Positions 18,072 through 28,886 of a DNA stretch of 64,000 bases are shown here, one piece after another. The position numbers were made by a program, and so were the translations under genes. Within the stretch, counting starts at the first letter, position 1; the number at the start of each line of letters is the position of its first letter. The DNA is from an uncultured Planctomycetota bacterium (GTDB lineage Bacteria; Planctomycetota; Planctomycetia; Gemmatales; Gemmataceae). The notes beneath the pieces were generated by a model, which was not told the DNA's origin, searched no databases, and saw only the letters and a program-made list of their open reading frames with translations. The stretch spans positions 433,183 to 497,182 of the forward strand of contig CAWHCN010000011.1 in NCBI GenBank assembly GCA_963827935.1. The letters run 5' to 3'.

Positions 18072-19989
18072 CTAAACCCCGGCCAGCGCCTGCCGCACGG
18101 CAAACCAGAGCTCGTTCATCTTGAACGGCTTGCGCAGTACGCCGGCGGCTTCGCGCGCCGCCGGGTCGGCCAGGAGTGCTGCCGGCGGCAGGCCGGTGCA
18201 GAGCAGGACGGGCAACTGCGGGCGCGCCTGCCGCAGCCGCTGCAGCGTGGCCAGGCCGTCCTCGCGCGGCATCATTAGGTCGAGAATCACCAGATCGATG
18301 TCGCGCCCTTTCGCACCTGTTCCAGCGCATCGTGGCCGTTGGTAACGGCCACGATGTGATGCCCGGCAATCTCCAGAAAACGGCCCACCACGTCGAGGAT
18401 CGCCTCCTCGTCATCCACCACCAGGATGGTCCGGCCCGGTGTGGCCTCGGGCTCGACGACCTGTCCGGCCTCAAAGTCCGGCCGCCAGGCTGGGTCGGTC
18501 GCAGCCTTGTCCAGTCGCGGCAGATACATGCCCACGCACGTCCCCTGTCCCGGCGTGCTGTCGATGGTCAGATACCCCTGGTGCCCCTGCACGATGCCGA
18601 AGACCATCGGCAGACCCAGGCCCGTTCCCTGCCCGACTTCTTTGGTGGTAAAGAAGGGATCGATGGCCTGGGCCAGCACCGGCGCCGTCATGCCGCAGCC
18701 CCGATCCTGCACCTCGACTATGACATAGTCGCCGGGCGGCACGTTCTGGGGAAAGGCCTTCAGCTCGGCGTTCAGCAGCAGCGGCCGAACACGGAAGGTG
18801 ATGGTGCCCGGGTCCGGATGTCCCTCAACCGAGCGCCCGCCGGGCGCGATGGCGTCGCGGGCATTCAGGGCCAGGTTGACCAGGGCCTGCTGCAGCTGGT
18901 TGACATCGGCGGCAATGAGCACGGGCCCTTCACGAGCGGGAGCCTCCAGCTCGACGCGCAGGCCCAGGGTCTGGCGGATCAGGTCGAGGGTGGCCGCTAC
19001 CATCTCGACAACCGCCGTCGGGTGCCGAATCAGGTCCGGTTTGCGAGCGTAGATCAGCAGCTGCCGGGTTAGATGGGCCGCCCGTTCCGATAGGGTGACA
19101 ACATGGCCCACGAACTCCGTAGCGGTGGCCCCCAGGTCCAGCTCGCGCAGGGCCAGGGAGGCGTAGCCACTGATGCCGGCCAGCAGGTTGTTGAATTCAT
19201 GCGCCACGCCGGCCGCCAGCGTGCCAACGCCCTGCATCTTCTGCGCCTGGAGCAACTGGCGTTCCAGATGCTTGCGTTCGCTGACATCGCGCAGGATCCC
19301 CGTCAGATGCGTCAATTGACCCTGGGCGTCGAGCACCGGCGAGACGGTGAGCGAGACCTCGACCAGCCGGCCGTCCTTGCGCCGATTGGTCAGCTCGCCT
19401 TGCCAGGAGCCGCGGGCCAGCACGGTATCCCAGAGCTTCTTGTAGACCTCGGTGGGGTGCAATCCACTCTTGAGGAGGCTTGGTTTCTGGCCGACCAGCT
19501 CCTGGCGGCTAAAGCCGGTGAGCAGCTCAAGCGCCCGGTTGACATGGATGATGGTGCCTTGCAAGTCGGTGACCATGACGCCGTCGCCGGCCGACTCCAG
19601 GGCGGCCACCAGCAGGCGATTGCTCTGCAGCAGGTGATGGCGCGTGACCGATTCACTCACGCGCTTGGGCAATTCGGCCAGGAAGGCCAGGGCTCGGTCC
19701 TTGACGACATAGTCAAGGGCACCGGCGCGCAAGACCTGGCTGGCCAGGTGCTCATCGCCGTGCGCCGTCACCATCAGGGCCGGCACGAGGATGTTCTCGC
19801 GCGCAGTGCTTGCAGCAGCTCGACGCCGGACAGATCGGGCAGCTTCTGATCGAGCAGCACCAGGTCGAACGTCGTGTGCCCCAGCACCGTCAGGGCGTCG
19901 GCGCCGGTTCGGCAACGCGTCACCTGGTGCCCGGCCCGCTCCAGGCTCTTGCGTACCAGCAGGGCGATATCGTCGTCGTCTTCGACCAC
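18072..19989 (-). CDS. hybrid sensor histidine kinase REC-PAS-HisKA-HATPase-REC, two 1-bp deletions (near 19800 and 18290)
   Basis: N-terminal receiver: DLVLLDQKLPDLSG...VPALMVTAHGDE. PAS: ALESAGDGVMVTDLQG. Kinase: H-box VAHEFNNLL, with N and G boxes. C-terminal receiver: ILVVDDEEAILDVV...DLVILDLMMPREDG. Three track ORFs join after single-base corrections. Confidence 0.8.
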
Positions 19990-20013
19990 GAACAGACGCA
20001 GGCTTCTCGGTCG

Positions 20014-20769
20014 TCATGACGCGGATCCTCGGACCCCATCGCCGGTCAGGACTCGCGTCGCACCGGCGAGCGGACATGTGAGGAGAATCGTGGCGCCCCG
20101 GCCGGGTCGGGCTTGCAGGCGAGCCGTGCCGCCCCAGCGTTCCGCGAGTTGGCGCACGAGGAACAAGTCGAGCCCCCGGTCCTCGCCGCCGGCGACGGGC
20201 TCGAATAGCCGCTCGCAGGGGAAGGTCTGCCCCTCCGCGGCCACACAGATTTCGGCAGCGGTCGCGGCGGGGCGGAGGCTCAAGACGATCCGGACAGGGC
20301 GCTCGTCCGTGCCGGTGGTCGCCGCCCACTGGAGCAGGTGGACGAGGGCTTTGCGAAGGGTGGTACGGGGTGCGGCCAGGAGGAGTGTGCGATCCGGGCC
20401 ATGATACTCGGCCGGCCTGCCTGCTGCCAACTGTTTCGCCAGGGCGATGGCCTCGGTGGCGACTTCGTCGAAGTCCACCGTCTCGATGGGCTCGGGCGGC
20501 CGACCCAGGCGGGCCACCTCAGCCAGCGAGGCCACCAGGGCGTGCGCTTTCTCCGCGGCGGCCGTCAGCCGCCTCAGATAGTCCCGCCCATCCGCGCCCA
20601 GCCGCTCCCCCTCCTCCAGAGCCAGGAGGCGGGCGAGTCCTTCGACGGCAATCAGCTGGTTGGGCAATTCGTGGCCCAGGCCCTGCTGCAAAACGGTCAG
20701 CAGCGGCAGCAGCCGCGCCCCGTCGGCTGCCTGGGTCACGGGCGTGGTGACGTCGAGATCGGTGTCCAT
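20014..20769 (-). CDS. cytoplasmic sensor histidine kinase (no TM), immediately upstream of the hybrid kinase
   Basis: H-box LGHELPNQLIAVEGLARLL plus a HATPase_c region. The gene ends 24 nt before the hybrid-kinase start. Confidence 0.65.
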   Translation of the reverse strand: MDTDLDVTTPVTQAADGARLLPLLTVLQQGLGHELPNQLIAVEGLARLLALEEGERLGADGRDYLRRLTAAAEKAHALVASLAEVARLGRPPEPIETVDFDEVATEAIALAKQLAAGRPAEYHGPDRTLLLAAPRTTLRKALVHLLQWAATTGTDERPVRIVLSLRPAATAAEICVAAEGQTFPCERLFEPVAGGEDRGLDLFLVRQLAERWGGTARLQARPGRGATILLTCPLAGATRVLTGDGVRGSAS

Positions 20770-20830
20770 CGGATCACCTCCCACCCGTTCGGCTCCGCCT
20801 TCTCACCCACGCACCGCGGGCCAGTGCGAG

Positions 20831-21220
20831 CTAAGCTCCCGTTAGTCGCAGGCGGCGCTCGCGGCGTTGTTCGTCCAGCAAGAAGACCCACAGAGCCTTG
20901 TCGCGTGCTTCCTGGGCCTCGATATCGTCCAGGGGCAGGAAGCGCAGGCCAAACTGCCTGCTCTCGCCGTCGACGCTTCGGTGCACGACCGTCGAGGCCA
21001 GCGCGAAACGACGCAGCCCATGCGGGATGCCGAAATGGGCGGAAACGGGGTCGGTGGGAGGGAAGCGGCAGGATGGGTCGTCCAGGGTGACACCGATGCC
21101 GCCCACCGACATGTCCCTGATCTGGCCGATCGCCCGCCGGCCTGCCGGCCAGACCAGTTCGACGCGGAGTTGGTCGTCGGGCGCAAAGTGATGGCGGTAA
21201 TCGGAGCGGCGGTTGCTCAT
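20831..21220 (-). CDS. PilZ-domain c-di-GMP-binding protein
   Basis: RRSDYRH (RxxxR) and DMSVGGIGV (DxSxGG) motifs. Confidence 0.7.
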   Translation of the reverse strand: MSNRRSDYRHHFAPDDQLRVELVWPAGRRAIGQIRDMSVGGIGVTLDDPSCRFPPTDPVSAHFGIPHGLRRFALASTVVHRSVDGESRQFGLRFLPLDDIEAQEARDKALWVFLLDEQRRERRLRLTGA

Positions 21221-21372
21221 GGAGGACTCCTGCGCAGAGGGGAGAAGGGTAGTTTGCGGAAACGCTGCGGGGAGGGGATTCGGCTACCCCCGATCATCGG
21301 AAAAAACGGTGCGGCCGTCAAGCCCAAGAAAATTGATGCGACCCGCACGACCCCGACGATAGTAGGTCTATC

Positions 21373-22139
21373 ATGCGCTACTCCGTTCATGTTGTCTGGC
21401 TTCTGCCCCTCCTCGGCGTGGCCGTCCTCGGCGTGGCTGCCCCCGGCGCCGACGATCTGCCGCAACCGAGGAAGGACCCCAGCGCCCCGGCCACTTTCCC
21501 CGATTTGCCCGGGCCCGGAGCCCTGGGACCAGGGGGACCCGATGGCGATGGGACCGAGCTGTCGCGTCTGCTACACCAGCTTCGCGCGAGCGCGAGGCCC
21601 TACGCAACGAGCGGGCCACCCCGGATCGCGATAGCCCTGGCGCGGGTCCGATCACCGGCAACGAGGCCGAGATCGCCCGCCTGCGCAAGCGTATGAAGGA
21701 GCTGGCCGCACACGGACCGGTCAGCCGTCCGGAGGTCTCGGACCCGCCGCTGCGACCATTGCAGCCCTCCGTATCCCCCGCGGCATCCACCGAGATCACT
21801 AGCCACAACGGCGTCATCGATCCGGTCGCCGTGGCGCAGAATTACTTCCGCGCGAGCGATTTCGAGGCAGCTCTCGAGGCATACCGCCGCGTGCCGACGC
21901 GGGGCGCGCTGGCCGAGGAGCGAGCGCCGGTGCAATACATGATCGCCACCTGCCTGCGCAAGCTCGGCAAGCACGAGGAGGCGGCCCAGGTCTATCGCGA
22001 GGTGGTGGGCATCAAGGACGATCCCTTCCTCGCCGACTGCGCCCGCTGGCAGCTGGAAACCCTGACCTGGCGGAAGGACGTCGAGACCCAACTCGCCTCC
22101 CTGCGTCAGCGCCGCAAAGGACTGGAAGGCAAGCCATGA
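21373..22139 (+). CDS. secreted TPR-like hypothetical protein; either frameshifted near 21590 or two translationally coupled ORFs (21373-21696 and 21693-22139)
   Basis: Signal peptide MRYSVHVVWLLPLLGVAVLGVAAP. The downstream frame reads like real protein well upstream of its Met (REREALRNERATPDRD...EIARLRKRMKELAAHG). The tail of ORF 1 is Arg/Pro/Ala junk-like. Confidence 0.45.
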
Positions 22140-22501
22140 TCCGTACCGATCCCGCGGCCGAGACTGCCCTGTGTGCCGCCTATCGCGAACAGGCCGCCCG
22201 CTACCGCCAGGCGGTAGCCCTGGGCGAGGAGCTGCCAGCGCTGCTTCAGAAGGGCGGCGAGGCGCATGCCGACCACCTCAGCCGAGTCATGGCGCTGTTG
22301 GCCGACATCGCGGCGATCGAGGCGGGGATTCGGACAAGCAAGGAGCACTGGGTCGCCAGGGGCGGCCGGCCGGGAGCCGACTTGCGGACCGTCCTGGAAG
22401 AGGTGATGCAGTTGCTGGAACGTCTGCGCGCAGCCTGGCGGCTGCCGAGGCCGAGGCGGCTGCCCGGCAGGCCCGCCTGGCGCCCCAAGTCGAAACGATG
22501 A
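22136..22501 (+). CDS. hypothetical protein (possible flagellar-chaperone-like helical protein), C-terminus uncertain
   Basis: Start overlaps the upstream stop (ATGA). The helical N-terminal 100 aa look genuine. The last 20 aa may be out of frame. Confidence 0.3.
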   Translation: MIRTDPAAETALCAAYREQAARYRQAVALGEELPALLQKGGEAHADHLSRVMALLADIAAIEAGIRTSKEHWVARGGRPGADLRTVLEEVMQLLERLRAAWRLPRPRRLPGRPAWRPKSKR

Positions 22502-22603
22502 GTCGCGGCCGGAAGATGCGGCGGGCCTATGGCTTCGCGTGAGAGAGCCGGTGCGTTTCGCCATTGTCTGCCAGGTGGCGCTACATCCGCCGGAGCGAAT
22601 GCG

Positions 22604-23524
22604 TCACGCCGCAACGCCAACGTCCTCCACTTCCTGCGCCGTTTCCGCTAGTATCTCCTCCGCTTGCTCGAGAAAGCTCCTCTCCCCTGGGACCAGCGGC
22701 TCAAGCAGGGGCCAGGCCGGGTTGCTCGCGGCGTCGTACCCGTCTGTCCTCTTTTCGCGGTGGAAATAGTTGGCCATGTGGTCGGCCAGCGCAACAAGGG
22801 CCACCAGCGGCCGGTGTTCCTCGGCGGCGTCCGGGGCGTGATGGAACTGTACCGCGCTAACCAGCGAGCCCGGCAGGTTATTCAGGTTGGCAAACCAGGC
22901 CCCAAAATAGCAGTGATCGGTCCCGAGCACCTCCTGTTCGTGAAGGAGAAGGTCCGGGCCTTCGATGAACTCCATTGGGTCGGCGGCCTCGGCCTGGTCC
23001 GGTGCGCCAAGTCCAATGAGCACGCGGCCGATGTCGTGCGACAACCCGCAGGTGAATTCCTCGCCTTCGAAGCCCAGGCCCAGGCCCTTGTTGAGGCGGC
23101 GGCACAAGCAGCCGGTCATGAACGAGTGGCGCCACAGCCCCTCGAACCGCACTTGCCGGACGCGCGGGACGTTGCGGAACAGGCTGCGCATGCCGACGGC
23201 GAGAACAAGGTTCTGGCACTCGCGCACGCCCAGGCGGACGACGGCCTGGTGCAGGCTGCCGACGCTGTAGGTGGTCCGGTACAGCGCACTGTTGGCCAGC
23301 TTGAGGATGCCTGCGGCCAGGGCCGGATCGCGCTCGATGACCCCCGACAGCTTGGCCAGCGAGCTGTTGGGATCCTTGGCGACAGCCATCGCCTTGGTGG
23401 CCGCATCCGGCAGCGTCGGCAGTCGGTTCAGGTTGCCGACCGTCCTCTTCAATGTCTCCAAAACAGGCCGCGCCTCCGCGGGGGGTGGCTCTTTGTGGCG
23501 GCGCATCCATTCGGGTAGGTGCAT
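22604..23524 (-). CDS. HDOD-domain signalling protein
   Basis: TLPDAATKAMAVAKDPNSSLAKLSGVIERDPALAAGILKLANSALY...CGLSHDIGRVLI is a typical HD-related output domain. Confidence 0.7.
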   Translation of the reverse strand: MHLPEWMRRHKEPPPAEARPVLETLKRTVGNLNRLPTLPDAATKAMAVAKDPNSSLAKLSGVIERDPALAAGILKLANSALYRTTYSVGSLHQAVVRLGVRECQNLVLAVGMRSLFRNVPRVRQVRFEGLWRHSFMTGCLCRRLNKGLGLGFEGEEFTCGLSHDIGRVLIGLGAPDQAEAADPMEFIEGPDLLLHEQEVLGTDHCYFGAWFANLNNLPGSLVSAVQFHHAPDAAEEHRPLVALVALADHMANYFHREKRTDGYDAASNPAWPLLEPLVPGERSFLEQAEEILAETAQEVEDVGVAA

Positions 23525-23841
23525 GGCCGGTCGCTTCCCGTAGTCAGTGACGGTGACGAACGTCGGTAGAGACCCTGAGCCGGGCGGACTCGATTCAAGC
23601 ATAGGTCATGCACCGCTCGGCGCACCAATCCCTCTTCAATGGGCGAAGCCACCGCCCGCGAGCGGGGTTGACAGGCCCGTGTCAGTTCGGGTCCGGCGAC
23701 AATTCTGCGGCGGCGGCGCAGGCGCGGGCCAGCTCTCCCGCAATTCCCCGGATTTTTGCACCCTACCGACTTGACACTGCGGATTGTGTGCTATGGTCCC
23801 TGCATCTTTGCGTCACAATCCGTGCTTCAGGACCCGGCATA

Positions 23842-25272
23842 ATGCTCCCCCCGGCCTTCTCCCCGGCCGTGCCCCTGGGCCAGGCGTCCGCGCCTGCCGA
23901 CCCCACCGGCGCCCCGAACGAATCCGCGCCCGCGTCGCCAAGCCAGCGCCGCCCCGACGACTTCGTGGACGAGCTGGACATCGCGCTGGCGGGCAGCACT
24001 CAGGTCACCGCCAGCGCACCGCCCCCGCCGCTCGAAGCCAGTGGGGACAGCGTCACGTCCAGTCCCGACACCCAAGTCAACGCCGCAATATACTCCCAAC
24101 AAGCGAGTGACGAGCCTGCTGCCGCCACGTCGGCGGCTCAGGGCGGGGGCAGCACAGCTCAGGCAGGGACACCGGCCTCCGCCGCGACACCCAAGACCCA
24201 GGCCAAGCTTGGCTTCAGCGCCGCAAAGACGGACTCTTCGGCCGCTCCGGCTGCGCTGACTGCCACTACCCCCGCGCCACTCCCAGCGGCGGCCTCCAAC
24301 GCCGGGGCTAATCCAAACGTCCCGCCGCTGCCGGGGGCCGCCCTCCCGGAGGCCAGGACCTTGCCGCCGGTACCGGTCGCGCCGGCGCCGACGTTCCCGC
24401 TGTTGCCGAAATCACCGGCGGTAACGGTTCCCATTCATATTCCGACCACCGCGCGGCCGACTACAGCCTCGTCGGCTCTGCCGTCGGCCCGTCTGGCCAC
24501 CCCGCCGTCCGCCGGATCGGCCGCTCCGACTAACCGGCCCGGCGGCGCGGCGCCGGTCAGCAATGCTGCCGATACCAGCTCGACATCCACCTTGATCGGC
24601 ACCCCCAGCACGGACAACGCGTCAGACTCGGCGGCCGTCTTTCAGCCGCTGCTCACTCGCGTTGAATCGGCCGCCATCAACGGCCCGGCAGCGGGCGTAA
24701 GCGTGGCCCAGGTCGCGGTCGGGAACCTGGGCAGCGCGGCGCCCAGGCGTGGCGAGACCGCCGGGACCCAGGCTGTCTCCACGACGGGTGACTCTCTGCC
24801 GGCTGGCGCTTACGCCGCGACCCCGCCGCAGGGCCTGGCAACGAGCGACGTTAGCCCGGCCGCCCCCTCGGTGGCCGAGCAGATCAGCAGCGCGGTGCAG
24901 GCAAACCTGGAAAGCACGCCGGACCAGGGCCGGATCGACTTCCATCTGCGCCTCGATCCGCCCGAGTTGGGAACCGTGCGCGTGCAGCTGACGCTGTCCG
25001 AGCAGACCCTGACGGCGCGGCTGGTGGCCCAGGATCGCGCGACCCGGCAGTTGATCCAGAACCAGATGGACACACTGCGACAGCGCCTGCAAGAGACCGG
25101 CCTGGGGCTGGGTCACATTGACGTGAGCGGCGGGGGCGGGCGAGGCGGCCAGCGACAGCAACCTCTGCTGGCCTTCCCCGACCTCAGCGCGGGCGCGGGA
25201 CCAGCGCCCCCAAGGCTAACTCTGCCTGTGGCGACCCCGGTGGCCACCGGCCGGGTTGACGTGATGGCCTGA
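23842..25272 (+). CDS. fliK: flagellar hook-length control protein FliK
   Basis: Ala/Pro/Ser/Thr-rich N-terminal region. C-terminal Flg_hook domain: DQGRIDFHLRLDPPELGTVRVQLTLSEQTLTARLVAQDRATRQLIQNQMDTLRQRLQETGLGLGHIDVS. Confidence 0.75.
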   Translation: MLPPAFSPAVPLGQASAPADPTGAPNESAPASPSQRRPDDFVDELDIALAGSTQVTASAPPPPLEASGDSVTSSPDTQVNAAIYSQQASDEPAAATSAAQGGGSTAQAGTPASAATPKTQAKLGFSAAKTDSSAAPAALTATTPAPLPAAASNAGANPNVPPLPGAALPEARTLPPVPVAPAPTFPLLPKSPAVTVPIHIPTTARPTTASSALPSARLATPPSAGSAAPTNRPGGAAPVSNAADTSSTSTLIGTPSTDNASDSAAVFQPLLTRVESAAINGPAAGVSVAQVAVGNLGSAAPRRGETAGTQAVSTTGDSLPAGAYAATPPQGLATSDVSPAAPSVAEQISSAVQANLESTPDQGRIDFHLRLDPPELGTVRVQLTLSEQTLTARLVAQDRATRQLIQNQMDTLRQRLQETGLGLGHIDVSGGGGRGGQRQQPLLAFPDLSAGAGPAPPRLTLPVATPVATGRVDVMA

Positions 25273-25362
25273 GCGCGACCAGGGAGCCCGATCGTCCGGA
25301 GAAGCCGGAGGCGTCAAGGAGACGACGCCCTACCATCCCACTGGCATAAAGGAGTCCGAGCC

Positions 25363-25773
25363 GTGGCCATAGCAGCGGTACCGCCGAGCACTAGCACGAC
25401 CGCCCAGGCGAGCACGACGAGCACCGGCCTCGCCGGCATCAGCACCGCGGATTTCCTCAACCTGTTCATCACGCAGCTCCAAAACCAGGACCCGCTCAAT
25501 CCGACCGACAGCAACGACTTCCTGACGCAAACCGCGGAGTTTTCGGAGGTGCAGGGGATCACCCAACTCAATCAGAATGTGAGTCAGCTGCTGTCGTCGC
25601 AGCAACTGACACAGGCCGCCGCCCTGATCGGCCAGACCGTGACTTACCAGCCGGCGAGCGGCGGTAGTACGCAGTCGGGGACGGTCAGCGCCGTAAGCAT
25701 GCTGAACGGTCAGGCCCAGCTGACCATCGGCTCGTCCAGCGTACCGTTGACTCAGGTCGTCAGCATTCAATAG
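25363..25773 (+). CDS. flgD: flagellar hook assembly/capping protein FlgD
   Basis: DFLNLFITQLQNQDPLNPTDSNDFLTQTAEFSEVQGITQLN is the FlgD signature. Confidence 0.85.
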   Translation: MAIAAVPPSTSTTAQASTTSTGLAGISTADFLNLFITQLQNQDPLNPTDSNDFLTQTAEFSEVQGITQLNQNVSQLLSSQQLTQAAALIGQTVTYQPASGGSTQSGTVSAVSMLNGQAQLTIGSSSVPLTQVVSIQ

Positions 25774-25907
25774 GCCCATCCTCGGGCCAGGGACCGGAGG
25801 AGGCCGGTATCAACGCCGGCCTCTCCGGAACGGGACCAGGCAGGTCCCCAAGGTGGTTTAACTCCCATGATGACGCTTCCTAGATCCATTCAACAGGGGA
25901 TGCAGCA

Positions 25908-27629
25908 ATGGCAGGCTTCGGCTCGATCCTGGCCGGCGTGACCGGCCTCAACGCGAACCAGCAGATGCTGGACATCATTGGCAATAATCTGGCCAACTCG
26001 AATACGACCGCTTTCAAGGGGCAATCGGTAAGTTTCGAGGACCTCTTCTACCAAACGCTCCAACCGGCGACGCCCTCGACACTGAACGTCGGCGGCATCG
26101 ATCCCATTCAGGTCGGATTCGGCACCAAGGTGGCCAGCATCGACAATGACATGTCACAGGGCACGTTGACGCCCACTGGAAACGATCTGGACATGGGCAT
26201 CCAGGGGTCCGGCTTTTTCGAAGAGAGCGACGGGACCAACACGTACTACACGCGCACGGCTCGTTTGCGGTCGATAGTGAGGGCTACCTGCAGGACCCGG
26301 CGACGGGCTTCAACGTCCTCCGTTTCGGCAACGTCGGCGAGCCGACTGCCGCCGGGCCGGGCTTCCAGGTGCCCGGCGACGACCGCATCCAGATTCCGTA
26401 CGGCAGCAGCATTCCGGGAAACATCACCCAGAACGTCACGCTGCAGGGCAACCTCGACGCCGCCGCGGCCGGCGCCGCCAGCGGCCAGGCCACGGCCAAT
26501 GTCACGCTGGCCGGCACGCTCGACTCGGCGGCCTCCAACGGAACCACGGTGAATGGCACAATCCAGATCTACGACTCGTTGGGGGCGCCTCACACCCTCA
26601 GCGCGACGTTTACCAAAGTCGGTGTGGATGCCCAAACGAACGACGACGAATGGTCGCTGGCCACCTCGGTGCCCGCCACGGAAGGTTCCGTCTCCGCCGG
26701 CACGCCGGTGACGCTCAAGTTCGATCCCAACACTGGTGCCCTCGTAACTCCGCAGTCGGGCACGGCGTCCCTAACCCTGGATTTCAGCCCGAGCGGCGCC
26801 TCCAGCAGCCAGCCCGTCACGCTCAGCCTGTCCGGGCTGTCGGAGGCCAATTCCGTCTCAACGGCGGCCGCGACCAGTCAGGACGGTACAGCGGCCGTGG
26901 CCGGTGCCACCGTCCCCGCGGCCATTCAGATCTTCGACTCCAAGGGGACAGGCCATACTCTCACCCTCACCTTCACCAAAACCGCCGCCAACCCGAACGC
27001 CAACCCACCGATTCCTGAATCGTGGAGCATTGCCGCTTCGATCCCGGCCAGCGAGGGGACGATCAGCGGCACCCTGGGTCCATCACGTTCAACACCGACG
27101 GCTCATTGGCCTCCACAGGGTCTACCAGCCTGACCTTCGACTTCAGCAATAGCGGAGCTTCGTCCAACCAGGTCATCAATTTCAGCGAGGGGGTAGTCAA
27201 GGGGTTCACCGGACTGACCGAGTTCGGGGGCAACTCCACGGCCGCGGCCATCAATCAGGACGGGTTCGCCTCCGGCACGTTAAACACCGTGAGCATCGGC
27301 GTGGATGGGACCATCGACGGCGTCTTCACCAACGGAAAGACCACGCCGTTGGCCCAGCTGGCCGTGGCCCAGTTTGCCAACGCGGCCGGCCTGTCCCGTC
27401 AGGGGAACAACCTCTTCAGTGCCACCACGCAGTCGGGCCAACCCTTGGTCGGCGCCGGCCAGAGCGCGGGCGCGGCAGCGTCCAACAGGGAGTCCTGGAA
27501 CAGTCGAACGTGGATGTGGCCCAGGAGATGACGCAGCTCATCATCGCCCAGCGCGGCTACGAGGTGAACGCTCGCACGATCACGGTGAGCGACCAGGTGC
27601 TGCAAGATTTGACGCAGATCATTCGGTAA
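25908..27629 (+). pseudogene. flgE: flagellar hook protein FlgE with at least 3 frameshifts (near 26262, 27075, 27485)
   Basis: MAGFGSILAGVTGLNANQQMLDIIGNNLANSNTTAFK (Flg_bb_rod) ... SFAVDSEGYLQDPATGFNV ... hook repeats ... SLEQSNVDVAQEMTQLIIAQRGYEVNARTITVSDQVLQDLTQIIR (Flg_bbr_C). The segments are spread over three frames. Confidence 0.8.
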
Positions 27630-27635
27630 CGAAAA

Positions 27636-27709
27636 GGCGAGCGGGGTGGCGTTAGCCCCCCGGTGATGACATCATCATCAGCGGGGGCTAATGCCACTCC
27701 GCTCGCTCC
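27636..27709. repeat. family B palindromic repeat (GGCGAGCGGGG.GCGTtAGCCCCCCGGTGA ... TCA.CGGGGGCTAA.GCC...CGCTCGC), terminator-like hairpin after flgE
   Basis: Related copies at 39450-39516, 40265-40327 and 52100-52161. Confidence 0.7.
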
Positions 27710-27752
27710 AATCGCTGCTGATCCCTTCGGCGGCAACGGCGCCAACCCGGCA

Positions 27753-28349
27753 TCAGATCAATTCGATGCGACCGCAGACGTACGCCGGCGCCAGCTGCCG
27801 CCTTTGCGTGGACGGGTCAACGGTGTACTGGATCGCGGAATGATCGAGGAAAACTCGCCAACCGTATTGGGTCAAGAACTGCTGGCCGAGGAGCACCGAT
27901 GTCGGTCGCGGGCCGCCCGGGTCCGATTGTGGGAAGAGCGCGACGAAGGGAAACGCTGCATAGCCTGATGGGCGCAGGCGGTTCATAACCCATACTGTCG
28001 CGGTGCCGACCTTGCAAACCACCCCGCGCCAGCGCGGCACCGGGCGGCCTTGCCATCCCAGAGGCGCCGGCCCCGGTGTCAGGCTGTACTGCAGCTGAAT
28101 CGATCGAGGGATGACCGAGTAAGGCAACTCGGGGGTTACGACGGCGAGGACAGCGCCGGGGCAAGGATAGACGCCAGATCCGGGGTCAGCAGACGCGTGA
28201 AGAGTCCGAAGCGAACCACGGGCGATCCCAACCCGGGGCCGCCGCTCCAGGTGTCCTCCACGGCGAGCAGGGAGGCCCGAAACCAGGCACGGCGGCGCAG
28301 ACAAGCCATGGTCTTGAACCAATCCCCGCAGAATACCTGGAACCCTCAC
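27753..28349 (-). CDS. retropepsin-like aspartic peptidase (putative, frameshifted)
   Basis: C-terminal frame: PTSVLLGQQFLTQYGWRVFLDHSAIQYTV (LLG.dfL..y...iD). The overlapping frame 27817-28164 has SIDSAAVQPDTGAGAS (DTGA active-site-like). Confidence 0.3.
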   Translation of the reverse strand: MRVPGILRGLVQDHGLSAPPCLVSGLPARRGGHLERRPRVGIARGSLRTLHASADPGSGVYPCPGAVLAVVTPELPYSVIPRSIQLQYSLTPGPAPLGWQGRPVPRWRGVVCKVGTATVWVMNRLRPSGYAAFPFVALFPQSDPGGPRPTSVLLGQQFLTQYGWRVFLDHSAIQYTVDPSTQRRQLAPAYVCGRIELI

Positions 28350-28365
28350 ACCAAACGCCGGGTCG

Positions 28366-28665
28366 CTAAACGCCCCGCTCCTCCGGCCGCCGCGCGGGCG
28401 TGTTGCCGAAGAATTCCGGGTCGAAGCCGACGGGAGCCACGACGCTCATCACCAGGACTTCATCGTGCGGCGGCAGGGATCGCTTCTCCACTTCCGCCTG
28501 GCGTTGCGCATCCGCCAGCGCGGCCGGATAATCGTCGCCGCTGCCGAGAACTCGTCTCTGGTGCAACAGAACGATCCGTCCCGCGCATCGGGCGACGAGG
28601 TCGGCTTGGCTGAGGAACCTGGCGTAGTCAGTTGCCGAATCCTGGGACCTTTTCATCAGTAACAC
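28366..28665 (-). CDS. hypothetical protein
   Basis: 99-aa ORF with moderate coding look and no recognised domain. Confidence 0.25.
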   Translation of the reverse strand: MLLMKRSQDSATDYARFLSQADLVARCAGRIVLLHQRRVLGSGDDYPAALADAQRQAEVEKRSLPPHDEVLVMSVVAPVGFDPEFFGNTPARRPEERGV

Positions 28666-28886
28666 CCCTTGCGCGTGGGTAGTGTCGAGTCATGGCGATT
28701 AGCTCGCCGGCCTCGTCGTACTGTAATCCAGGTGAATGGGCGGAGCAAGCGAGCAGCGGGAGCGAATGGGAATTCATGGCTTGGGGAAAAGATGGAGCGC
28801 GCGTAGATTGCCGGCTAGTTCAGCTTTGACCGAAAAAGGGGAGATTACGTCTACGCAGTCCCCGTGATCGGCGTTTGGGTCCAGGG

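Noticed and set aside
22171-22542. Alternative frame ORF (…AEAEAAARQARLAPQVETMSRGRKMRRAYGFA) as the true C-terminus of the gene starting at 22136.
   Set aside because: It is plausible but cannot be resolved without homologues. It is only noted, and the conservative track ORF 22136-22501 was reported at low confidence.
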